In this document: in pieces, positions 36,148 through 47,075 of the stretch
How the letters are laid out: every line of letters starts with the position of its first letter
Numbering within the stretch: position 1 is the first letter of the stretch
Source: Podarcis muralis
Lineage: Eukaryota
Direction of reading: 5' to 3'
NCBI RefSeq assembly: GCF_964188315.1
Contig: NC_135667.1
Location: 24,490,001 to 24,554,000, forward strand
Length of the DNA stretch: 64,000 nt
Translations under genes and position numbers: made by a program
The notes under the pieces: generated by a model
What the model was told of the DNA's origin: nothing
The model's input: only the letters and a program-made list of their open reading frames with translations
The model's database searches: none

Positions 36148-39100
36148 TATATACAGTCAAGGCAACATGATTAACAGGAAACTAAAATATTACCTTAAAA
36201 CTTTCAAAATAAAACATTACAAAGGAAGTCAACTGCAGAATACATATTTAACACAAACCAAGTTAACAAAAGCACAAACATTTCAAAAGAAAACATTGCT
36301 AAATGAAGTCAAATATAAAATGCACCTTTAAAACAACATACCGGTAATTAACAAGAGAGAAAAAAACATTATCATAGGCATAGAACATATCTGCTGCTGT
36401 TGCTGCCAGTCCTGCCTCTACATCTCTTGCAAATGTGTGCAGAATGGCGTGAGACTATCCCCTCCACTCTTCACTTACAGTTGTGCATTCAATGGAACAC
36501 CAGAAAGGGAAACCTATGTTCACACATTTATATGTGTGTAAGAGCTCATCACACAGTTGTTGGCCCAAATCATGAAGGGTTCTGATTAAGGTGCACTGAA
36601 TACATGCACAAAACCACATGCTTCTTTTCTGATGTTTGGGTGGACATGCAGATGTCAGGGAGAAGGATGGAAGGATGGAAGAAGTTACTCATTGTAGGGT
36701 TGTGGAACAGATGTAGTTTAAAAGGGAGCCCAAAGAAAAAAGTTTGAGAACCACTGCTTTAGTTCAATAGTCTAATGAAATAATGAATGGTCATGGTTAA
36801 ATGGTTAAAGGAGAACATTGGTTCAAGGGCAATTCTGCAGAGGGGGAGAATCTGCATTCTCCATGAAGCCTAACCTACCTTGCAGGCCTTTTCTTAGAAT
36901 AAGGTGGAGTAATCCACCTCCCCCATTGTCCCCATTGGGATAGACGGAAAACAGTGCAACTGGGCAACCCTAGGTTTCTTTCTAAAACTTATGCAGCAGA
37001 GTGCAGCATAGGAAATGACAACACATCAGCCACCAGCCTCCATGATGCAGAGAGATGTTGCCTTCCTCCAACCCTCAATACAAACTGATTTGGATGCACT
37101 GGCTCCAGTTTCCCACCTCAGATACACCACATCATTTTTACAGCAATTTTCATTGGGGGGGGGAGGAGACATTTGTACCATTTTAGCTCAGACCTACGCA
37201 GGAGTAAGGGAACAGTAGTGCAGGAGGAGGAACAAAACAACTACTCACACCCTTGTTTGATGCATATCACAAGGTGTGCTTCCACATGGCAGTTTATTGT
37301 GGACTCGGTGCTGGTCATGCTCAGAAAGTTCTCACGTCATCCACACAATTTAGTTACCATCAAAATTCCAGCCTATACTTTTTTCTTTCTTTAACCTGGA
37401 TTATCTGCATTGAGGTCGAAAAAATAACTCATCGTGCATCTGCTTTCCTTGCTGGTGTGGAAACTCCTAAGCACATTTTTGTTGTGAATGAATGGGCTGT
37501 TTCTCAGCTAGGTGGTAACTTTTCAGTGAGCAGCCTTTATTCCCACAACCCCACTTCAATTGACTCCTTTCATGAACAGTTTTCAAAAGATATGTAATGG
37601 TGGAAATCAATGCTTGGGGCTGCTTGCTCTGATCACAGAGCTGCTTTGTGTTATGTGATCTGCCCTGGACCTCCTAAGAGCTAGTCTACCGTCTCCTTGT
37701 GTAGTAAGATTCTGTCCTAACCTCAGTCATTCAGTGGGGGATAGGGTTGGGTTTCAGTGTGGTAGGGGATTTTGTTTTGGTTGTTGCTGTTACAGGAATA
37801 ATAAAATATTTATACCACCATTTATAACTTGGTTTATGCGCTGCCTTTTTAGCCACAGCTTCCCATTAAATGTGGTGTACCAGAATTAACAAATATGAAA
37901 CATACTGGGTTGGATCCATATTTAGTCCTACTTGCAGGAGACCTGCTGAAATCAATGGGTCTATGCCAAGTGTTACCAAGTCTGGACCCAGCCTAACAAA
38001 ATGATAATCCAGTTAGAAAGAAACTATACATTTTTAAAAGTAGAGCAGTGTAGTGATGGCTTCATTGTTTCAAGTATGTGTGTATGAGATCCCTTGAAAA
38101 CTGATAGAAGACCAGAAGACAAACAAATTGGCAAACACCTTGAGATTGCATAAAAGGAATAGGAAACTACTGAACCCCCTTACATCATTTTGAAATACAG
38201 TACCTTTAATTGGGAAATTCAGTTTCCCCTCCAGCTGTTTTAAGGTAAAATGCAGTTCATATGTGAGAGTCCATGCATCTTCTTTCAATCTTCCTGTGGA
38301 ACTTACCACTGAAGATGTAGCTGTTTTCCCCATTTTAAAAAGATTGCGTATATGAGAATAATGGTCACTAAAGGTTACATCGGGTATTAGTGCCAGCAGA
38401 CATGCCAGAGAGAGTTATTTTAAGCCTGTTTTGCCGTCTTGAGAGCTTACTCCCAAGAGTAAGCACAACTGATCACACTCCTCAGGTATATGTTGGTAGT
38501 CCTTTGGTAGCAGACACAAAGAAATAGCAGTTACAACATGTGCTTCAATACATGAAAAATGATCACACATGTGGTGAAATCCAAGGCTATTTATTTTGCA
38601 ATATTCAAATAGTGTAGCCATGTCTAGATAGATTTCCATAGCAATCCATGTTGAATTGTGGTATTGCATTATACATAGGGCTGCCCTTCAGAAGCCTCAG
38701 TTAGTGCAGGGACTGACTGCAGTATTTCTAACTGAAGTTGTATGATGGATAGTGACACCCCAAACTTTTTGGAGTCTTAATGCTTTCAAACCCCTCCAAT
38801 GTAGGCACAAGTTGTATATATGTGCAAATTAAGCATATATCATAAAGACACAACAGTCTCTGTTGTCCCTCATTCCAAAGGAAACACAAACCCTGGGTAA
38901 ATTCCTGGAACCCCTGGAATCTCACACCACTCAGATATTGGAGTGGCAAGCAAAAATATAATAAAATTAATAATTATTTTGGGGACATACATTTTATGCT
39001 TTTGAACTTTCATTTTCTTACTAAAGGCATTGGAAATAGTATTTGCTGAAACAGTTATATCTAATTGTACTATACTGGTATCAGTAGTAAGTAAAACATT

Positions 39101-39446
39101 GTTTGGGGGGAGAAGGGTGAAGAGGATAAACAAATGGCAATGAATGGCATGGATAATAAGGTGAATAAATTATAAGACTATTTGCATTGCAGAGTGAGCA
39201 ACACAGGAAGTTACTTTACACTGAATCATCCCATTGGTCCATTTAGCTCAATATTGTTGACATTGATTGGTAGTGGCTCCCTATGGCTTGAGATATGGAA
39301 CCATTCATTCCTCCACCTGCAGATGCCAGGGGTTACAGCAGGAACTTCCTACATGCAAAGCAAATGTCCACCCAAGGTTCTAGTGCTAGGTTAAAAACTG
39401 TATATCAAAACATTCACATTGAATATACAATCCCATGTTTAAAAAC

Positions 39447-40367
39447 TCAAAATATATTTTTAGAAGAATGCCCATAATCTAAGAGTTTCCACAAAGCAGT
39501 CTTGATTTCTTTGTTTCTCATGCTATAGATGAATGGATTCAACATAGGAGGAATTACAGTATAGATCACAGCAAAAGCTATATCCAGATCAGAAGAAGCA
39601 TTAGTGGGAGGCCTTGCATAGGCAAAGAGTGCAGTGCCCATAAACAAAGAGACAACAGTGAGGTGGGGAAGGCAAGTGGAGAGGGCTTTTTTCTGACCAT
39701 GTACTGAAGGAATTCTGCGCACTGTAGCAAATAGCTGCATGTATGTTATGATAATGAACATGAAGCATCCTAGTCCCAGGCAACACCCTAACACAATAAC
39801 CCCTACTTCGACAAGGTAGATATTAGAGCAGGAGAGCTTCAGTAATGTTGGAACTTCACAGAAGAACTGATGGACGTCATTTGAACAGAAGGTGATTGCA
39901 AAAGTGCTACAAGCGTGTAACATGGCATAAAGAAGACTAGCAATCAACACAATGAGGGTCATCTGAATACAAGCTCCTTTGTGCATAATTGTCTCATATT
40001 GTAATGGGTTGCAGATGGCAACATAGCGATCATGTGCCATTACTGTTAGAATGGCAAAATCTGCTGCGACAAAGAACATATAGAAGAAAACCTGGGCCAC
40101 ACACCCAGAGTAAGAAATAGACCTGCTGTTCATGATGGAATTGGCTAATGATTTGGGCATCATGACAGAAGCAGAGCCCATGTCCATCATTGCCAAATTA
40201 GTTAGGAAAAAGTACATTGGTGTATGGAGGTGATGGTCTAGCACTATTGCAGCAATAATGAGAAGATTCCCAGCCATGGTGGTCAAGTACAATCCTAGGA
40301 ACAGAAAGAAGTATAAGATCTGTAGTTCCCGTACTTCTGAGAATTCCCACAGCAGAAACGTTGACAT
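39447..40367 (-). CDS. Olfactory receptor, OR14-like, ancestral start codon lost (N-truncated or incipient pseudogene)
   Basis: About 98% identical to 52116-53051, but the ATG equivalent at 40385-40383 reads AAG; next in-frame Met is residue 7. Confidence 0.8.
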   Translation of the reverse strand: MSTFLLWEFSEVRELQILYFFLFLGLYLTTMAGNLLIIAAIVLDHHLHTPMYFFLTNLAMMDMGSASVMMPKSLANSIMNSRSISYSGCVAQVFFYMFFVAADFAILTVMAHDRYVAICNPLQYETIMHKGACIQMTLIVLIASLLYAMLHACSTFAITFCSNDVHQFFCEVPTLLKLSCSNIYLVEVGVIVLGCCLGLGCFMFIIITYMQLFATVRRIPSVHGQKKALSTCLPHLTVVSLFMGTALFAYARPPTNASSDLDIAFAVIYTVIPPMLNPFIYSMRNKEIKTALWKLLDYGHSSKNIF

Positions 40368-40516
40368 GGAAGTAAGATTGCTCTTTTTTTCTTCAATATT
40401 TGCATTTTCTCTGTTGGAGGAAGAAGCTAAAAAGTGTTAATATTGATTAACAAGCTAATTTAAGCATGCTTCTTGAAATTTCATTATATATTCCACATTA
40501 TTTTGCTAATCAAGTA

Positions 40517-40833
40517 CAGTGGTGCTCCGCAAGACGAATGCCTCGCAAGACGAAAAACTTGCTAGACGAAAGGTTTTTCCGTTTTTTGAGTCGTTCCACA
40601 AGACGAAATGTCTTGCGAGTTCTTGCAAGTTTGTTTCCTTTTTCTTGAAGCCGCTAAGCCACTAAGTCGTTAATAGCCGCTAAGCCGCTAAGCCATTAAT
40701 AGCCGCTAAGCCGCTAAGCCGCTAATAGCCGCTAAGCTGCTAAGCTGCTAATAGCCGTGCTTCGCAAGACGAAAAAACTGCAAGATGAAGAGACTCATGG
40801 AATGGATTAATTTCGTCTTGCGAGGCACCACTG
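40517..40833. mobile_element. Tc1/mariner-type MITE with internal (GCCGCTAA)n repeats
   Basis: TIR CAGTGGTGC.CCGCAAGACGAA / TTCGTCTTGCGAGGCACCACTG, TA flanks; absent from the right arm. Confidence 0.88.
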
Positions 40834-40999
40834 TAGTGGAAAAGCAATTGAAATTAAAGATTATGCCAAAATAGCCAGTTTGTAAATTGAAGCTTCTATA
40901 TCTGTTATTATCTAAAGTATCTCAAACACTTTCACTCCAAAATTTATATATAAACACATATTGTCTATTTTTGTTCAGTCTTCATGTTTAGAGGATTCT

Positions 41000-41099
41000 G
41001 TGGGAGGCAGTGGAAGACAGGAGTGCCTGGCGTGCTCTGGTCCATGGGTCACGAAGAGTCGGACGTGACTAAACGACTAAACAGCAGCAACAACAACAA
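41000..41099 (+). mobile_element. Bov-B/RTE LINE extreme 3' end
   Basis: gcctggcgtgctctggtccatgggtcacgaagagtcggac...aaacgactaaacagcagcaacaacaac; absent from the right arm (~51730). Confidence 0.8.
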
Positions 41100-43997
41100 G
41101 TAATCTTACAGTAATATGAAGCTATCTGGGGGCTTTTAAACTACTTCCTTTAGTTGCCTTACCCCACAAAAGAAGTTGCTATTAATGCCACTTGGAGAGC
41201 TGTCCCATCACTTGTGGCATTCAAACCCAGGTTTTTCAAAACTAAGTAATAGAGTATATATGTGTTTGTGAATAAGGCAGAATTCTAAGGCAACAGCCTA
41301 TTATGAATGTAGTCTGCTACAGATAAATAGTAAATTGAATGCATTATATTGACAAAAAATCTCCTAATGAATTTCACCTGCCAGTAGTGCTACTGTTTGT
41401 GCCAATATATGTCTCTAATACTTCAGTGGGTGATAATGATCTGGGGTGGATTCGTGTCCCCATGAAATGTAACACAAATCTAGTTCTGCCTGCATGAATT
41501 TTCATGTCATCACTTTCTTATTTTTATGACATGGGGAAAAAAAACCTGCTGCAAATTACCCAGTTACTGGGATCAAGGGTGCAGCCTCGATTGGGATCGT
41601 TCTTCCAGCACACAGACTGAATGGAACTGAACACAGCCCAGTTCCATCATACACGCATAACAAATGGACCACACAGTTGAATGATACAATATATCTGCAT
41701 CAGCTACATCTATTTGCCTTTGGAGCAACAATTAGGAATGTGTTTAGTATACCAGTTGGTCATCATTCATTTTAAAGTTGAGCACTCTAATAAGGACTGG
41801 TATCAGCATACAAGAGTATATAAGACCCCTTTAAAATTGATAGATGAGAAGAAAATAAAATGCTGATAGACACATCTAGATTACATCAGAGTAGAAGGAA
41901 ACTACCAAACCACCTTAAATCATTTTAAAATACCTTTGATGATAAGATTCAATTTTCTCTCCAGCTACTTTAGGGTACGATATGGTAAAGATGTCAGAAT
42001 CCATGCGTCTTCTCAATCAAGCTCTTTCAGCCTTCTTGCAGCACTTGCCACAATATGTGTAACTTTCCTCCCCTCCTTAAAATAGACTGCATATGTGAGG
42101 ATAATAGTCACTAAAGTGGCAACAGTAGACAAGGGAGGGATCATTTTTTTAAGTCTTATTTGTCATCTTGGGATCTTACTCCCAAGAGTCCAGCACAGCT
42201 GATTTGAAAACATTGTTGAAAGTTACTGCTTCTACTTTCACAGTAGACCCCCCCCCCAAAAAAAAGTATTTATATAGAAATTATACAGGAGGGGGCCCAA
42301 ATCAAACTTGTTTTACACCCCCTGGGAAAACTATTAAACCTGAAAGAAAGCCCACAAGTCGATGCAAAATTTTAGTGCAAGGATCAGAGGAGAGCTAGAG
42401 TATAACATTTATCCAGTGAAGTGACAATGGCCACTTACCCTTCTTCCACGGTGAGTGGCAGTTGCGGCCCACTACGGTGCCTCCCTAAGTCCCTGGAGCC
42501 TCGCCATGTTGCCCTGACTTTTGGGTTCCTCCCCAGCCACCACAGAGCATCTTGCCAATCCACGGTGGCCTAGGGGGGCGGTGGAGCTTTTGCAGGCTTC
42601 ACTCAGGTCCACTCCCTGGACTTATAATCAGGCCAACGCAACTCACTGTAGCCCAGTCAGCCTTGTAGTTTTGCTATGGACCCTTCCTCCCAACCACACC
42701 CTGTCATGCCTCGGTTCCCCACCGGGGGCTGAGGGGGATACACGCCCAATGCCTATGCCACGTTTTGCCTACATATGAAATTAATAAAATTGTGGCCTTT
42801 TAATCCCATTACAGTTGTCATGTCTATTCATTCTTCCCACCAGTCAGCTAGGCTCCCTGGGGGCATGGACCTGGGGGTACCCTGTAAATGCTGCTGCTGT
42901 TGGGGGGGGGGTGTATCACCCGTCCACCCCTCCAGGTCAGAAGATAGACTAAAGGATTCCGCCAAAGGACTAACCTGCCAAAATTGTGACTAGTGCTGCG
43001 GGGAAGGCAAAACCTAACAATCAGGGAAAATTCCTTCCCAGCTCCGAAAAACAGCAACCATTAAGGAATCATAGGAAAGCCCACTAAGCTGGATAGGAAA
43101 AGGTTAGAAGAAAAGCAGAAAAACAATAGCAATGCTAAAGGGTGGACATGGTGGGTCACATTACAAGGCTGACTGGGCTACAGTGAGTTGCGTCGGCCTG
43201 ATTATAAATCCAGGGAGTGGACCTGAGTGAAGCCTGCAAAAGCTCCACCCCCCAGGCCACCCTGGATTGGCAAGATGCTCCGCGGTAGCCGGAGAGGAAC
43301 CCAACAGTCAGGGCAACATGGCGAGGCTCCAGGGGCTTAGGGAAGCACTGTGGTGGGCCGCAACTGCCAATCACCATGGAAGAAGGGTAAGTGGCCATTG
43401 TCACTCCACTGGATAAATGTTATACTCTAGCTCTCCTCTGATCCTTGCACTAAAATTTTGCATGGACTTGTGGACTTCCTTTCAGATTCAATAGTTTTCC
43501 CAAGGGGTGTAAAACAAGATTGATTTTGTGTCCCACTCTTGTATAATTTCTACATAAATACTCCCCCCCCCCTACTGTCAATGTAGAAGCAGTAACTTTC
43601 AACAATGTTTTCAGATCAGCTGTGCTGGACTCTTGGGAATAAGATCCCAAGATGACAAATAAGACTTAAAAGTATGATCCTTCCCATGTCTACCGTTGCT
43701 AATTAAGTGACTATTATCCTCACATATGCAGTCTATTTAAAGGCGGGAAAAACAGTTACATGTCCTGTGGCAAGTGCTGCAAGAAGGCCGAAAGAGCTTG
43801 GTTGAGAAGATGCATGGATTCTGACATCTTTATAATATCGTCCCCTAAAGTAGCTGGAAAGGAAATTGAATCTTATCATTAAAGGTATTTTAAAACAATT
43901 TAAGGTGATTTGGTAGTTTCCTTTTACTCTGATGTAATCTAGAGGTGTCTATCAGCATTTTATTTTCTTCTCATCTTTCAATTTTAAAGGAGTCTTA

Positions 43998-44353
43998 AAG
44001 GTAAAGGTAAAGGGACCCCTGGCCATTAGGTCCAGTCGTGGCCGACTCCAGGGTTGCGGCGCTCATCTCACTTTACTGGCTGAAGGAGCCGACATACAGC
44101 TTCCGGGTCATGTGGCCTGCATGACTAAGCCGCTTCTGGCGAACCAGAGCAGCGCACTGAAATGCCATTTACCTTCCTGCCGGAGCGGTACCTATTTATC
44201 TACTTGCACTTTGAAGTGCTTTCGAACTGCTAGGTTGGCAGGAGCAGGGACCGAGCAATGGGAGCTCACCCCACTGTGGGGATTCGAACCGCCAACCTTC
44301 TGATTGGCAAGTCCTAGGTTCTGTAGTTTAACCCACAGCGCCACCCGCATCCC
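43998..44353 (-). mobile_element. Sauria SINE, full length
   Basis: 12-bp TSD AAAGG(A/G)GTCTTA (43986-43997, 44354-44365); single-copy empty site in the left arm near 41822-41833. Confidence 0.93.
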
Positions 44354-44832
44354 AAAGGGGTCTTACATACTCTTGAATGCTGATACCAGTCCTTATTAGA
44401 GTGCTCAGCTTTAAAATGAACAATGACCACCTGGTATGTTAAACAAATTCCTAATGAATGTTCCAAAGGCAAAAAGATGTAGCTGATGTAGATATATTGC
44501 ATCATTCAACTGTGTGGTCCGTTTGTGATGGCCGTATGATGGAACTGGGCTGTGTTCTGTTCCAATCAGTCTGTGTGCTAGAAAAAAGATCCCGATCAAG
44601 GCCACAGCTTTCCCCCCAGTAACTGCATAATTTGCAGCAGGTCTGCCCCCCCTATGTCAGAAAAATAAACGTGATGACATGAAAATTCATGCTGGCAGAA
44701 CTAGATTTGTGTTACATTTCATGGGGACACAAATATACCCCAGATCATTATCACCCACTGAAGTATTAGATACATATATTGGCACAAACAGTACCACTAC
44801 CAGCCTGTGAAATTCATCAGAAGATTTTATGT

Positions 44833-45090
44833 CAGGGGTCAGCAGACTTTTTCAGCAGGGTGGTGGTCCACTCTCCCTCAGACCTTGTGGGGCGGGGCGG
44901 ACTATATTTTGAAAATAAATATAACAATGAATGAATTCCTATGCCCCACAAATAATCCAGAGATGCATTTTAATTAAAAGGACACATTCTACTCATGTAA
45001 AAACACGCTGATTCTCGGACTGTCCGTGGGCCGGATTTGGAAGGTGATTCGGCCAGATACGACCCCCAGGCCTTAGTTTACCTACCCATG
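44833..45090. mobile_element. hAT-type non-autonomous element
   Basis: CAGGGGTCAGCAGACT / AGTTTACCTACCCATG ends; degenerate 8-bp TSD (TTTTATGT / TTTTGTGG); absent from the left arm. Confidence 0.7.
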
Positions 45091-45207
45091 TTTTGTGGCA
45101 ATATAATACATTCAATTTAATATTTATCTGTAGCAGACTACATTCAAAATAGGCTGTTACCTTAGAATTCTGTCTTATTCCCAAACACATGTATACTCTG
45201 TTACTTA

Positions 45208-45467
45208 CCGTATTTTTTGCTCTATAAGACTCACTTTTCCCCTCCTTAAAATTAAGGGGAAATGTGTGTGCGTCTTATGGAGCAAATGCAGGCTGTGCAG
45301 CTATCACAGAAGCCAGAACAGCAAGAGGGATTGCTGCTTTCACTGTGCAGCGATCTCTCTTGCTGTTCTGGCTTCTGAGATTCAGAATATATTTTTTCTT
45401 GTTTTCCTCCTACAAAAACTAGGTGCGTCTTGTGGTCTGGTGTGTCTTATGGAGCGAAAAATACGGG
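45208..45467. mobile_element. Tc1/mariner-type MITE
   Basis: TIR CCGTATTTTTTGCTCTATAAGAC / GTCTTATGGAGCGAAAAATACGG, TA flanks; absent from the left arm. Confidence 0.85.
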
Positions 45468-45542
45468 TAGTTCTGAAAAACCAGGAGCACCTATAACTGA
45501 GGATAGCAGTATGTTATAGTTTCCAATTTCAATACCTGACAT

Positions 45543-45592
<50 letters not shown>

Positions 45593-45601
45593 TTAGGTAG
45601 T

Positions 45602-46009
45602 TGTCAGGGAACTGCCATCGGAAGGACAGGAGGTGCAAAGGCTCCCTCAGGTTGAAAGAGACGGAGCAGCTGAAGAGGGAACCAGTAGGGGGCGAGCAGG
45701 AACTTCCAGGGAAAGTGAGTCGGAGGGGTGGCTCAGAGACGTTTCCAGCGAAAACAGTGGAGAGGTCTCAGGACCTCCTATAGGGACACCCACGCCTCGC
45801 CGGAAACTGTCACGCAGAGAGTCCAGAAGACGTGTTTCCGTGAAAGAGCTTTTATGTTGGAAACGTTTCCGAAAGCAACCACTTTCGGATTCTACTAGCG
45901 ATTGACGCAGCCATGCCGGAGGGGCTCCGTCACAGGCAGAGGTTTGAAAACCTGATCAAACTCTGAGGGACTTGCATTTTACGCACAAGCAGCTCATCAT
46001 CCCACCACA
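45602..46009 (+). repeat. 5' LTR
   Basis: TGTCAGGGA...CCCACCACA; matches 50692-51099. Confidence 0.96.
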
Positions 46010-46011
46010 GC

Positions 46012-46022
46012 AATCCGAAAGT
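46012..46022 (+). other. Self-priming primer-binding site (candidate)
   Basis: AATCCGAAAGT is the exact reverse complement of ACTTTCGGATT at 45881-45891 in the LTR; no TGG tRNA-type PBS follows the LTR. Confidence 0.8.
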
Positions 46023-46055
46023 CACTGAAAGCCAGCTTGTGCAAGCAGCGGCATC

Positions 46056-47075
46056 ATGAGCGACCCAGCCGGAACCGGAGGAGCAGGAGCAGCTGGAGGA
46101 GGTCCAAGCCTGGAAGAAAGGTACAGGGCGTTGGAGATCCAGCTGGCCATGCAAACGGCGAGGCTTGAGGAGAGGAGGGCTCAGGATGCAGAAAAGGGAA
46201 AGGAGAAAACCACCTCGATAGCCAGAAAGGTGCCAGGATTGGTGCAGAAATTCGGGGGAGATCCCAGAAACTATCATGCCTTTAGAACTGAGATGCAATA
46301 CGCTCTCAATCTGCAGTATGATGACTTCCCCGACGAGGAATCGCGAGTGGCTTTTGTAATTGGCCATCTCGAAGGGGGGGCGAAGGATTGGGTTCGACCC
46401 CTGATGGCAGTGAATAATGAGATACTAAAGGACACGAGGAAGTTTTTTCGTGCCATGGACCTGATGTTTTCCAGTGACATTGAGCAGGGGGTGGTACGAA
46501 GGCAGTTAATGGCTTGCAAACAGGGGAGCCGATCTGTCCGTGAGTACTGGACTGAGTTTACTATGCTGATTCATAAATTGGGGTGGGACCTATCAGCGGA
46601 ACCCATCCAAATGCTTTTTGAAGAGGGGCTTTCTTCGGCCGTTAAAGATGAACTTTCCCGGGGGCCAAGGGCGGAGTCTATGGACCAGCTGACCAAATCC
46701 GCGCTGGCCATAGGAGCGCGCCAGGAAGCGAGAGCTTTGGAAAGGCGGGAAGGGAAAGGAGAACGTTGGAGGGAACTGCGCATTCCGGACATTCCAGAGC
46801 CACCTTTCCCGCCGGCAGAGCCGATGGAAGTTGGAACAGCGCGGGCGCGCGCAGTTTCAAATCCCAGTGAAGGGCGGAAGAAGGAGGGAAAGAGCGCCAA
46901 GAAATGTTATCTCTGCCAACAGCCAGGGCACTTTGCCAGAGTCTGCCCACAAAGAAAGGAATGGCAAGGGATGGCAGGAGCTGTGGGGGAAAGGGAGGAG
47001 GAAAACAAGGAGCAAGTAAAAGCCAACGCCTGGCTGCCACCGTCGGGGCACAGCAGCCAGGCCAAAGAGCAGTGA
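46056..47075 (+). CDS. gag: Gag (retrotransposon capsid domain plus CCHC zinc knuckle), 339 aa
   Basis: ATG 47 nt after the LTR; retrotransposon-gag-like core (RVAFVIGHLEGGAKDW...CKQGSRSVREYWTEF); CYLCQQPGHFARVC. Confidence 0.93.
   Translation: MSDPAGTGGAGAAGGGPSLEERYRALEIQLAMQTARLEERRAQDAEKGKEKTTSIARKVPGLVQKFGGDPRNYHAFRTEMQYALNLQYDDFPDEESRVAFVIGHLEGGAKDWVRPLMAVNNEILKDTRKFFRAMDLMFSSDIEQGVVRRQLMACKQGSRSVREYWTEFTMLIHKLGWDLSAEPIQMLFEEGLSSAVKDELSRGPRAESMDQLTKSALAIGARQEARALERREGKGERWRELRIPDIPEPPFPPAEPMEVGTARARAVSNPSEGRKKEGKSAKKCYLCQQPGHFARVCPQRKEWQGMAGAVGEREEENKEQVKANAWLPPSGHSSQAKEQ

Noticed and set aside
42422-42920. Complete solo LTR at the palindrome centre
   Set aside because: LTR-like (AATAAA plus motif shared with 10880-10900) but I could not find matching TG...CA ends with a target duplication; mentioned only as a possibility.
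46010-46030. tRNA primer-binding site
   Set aside because: No TGG start or recognisable tRNA 3'-end complement; replaced by the self-complementary 11-mer.
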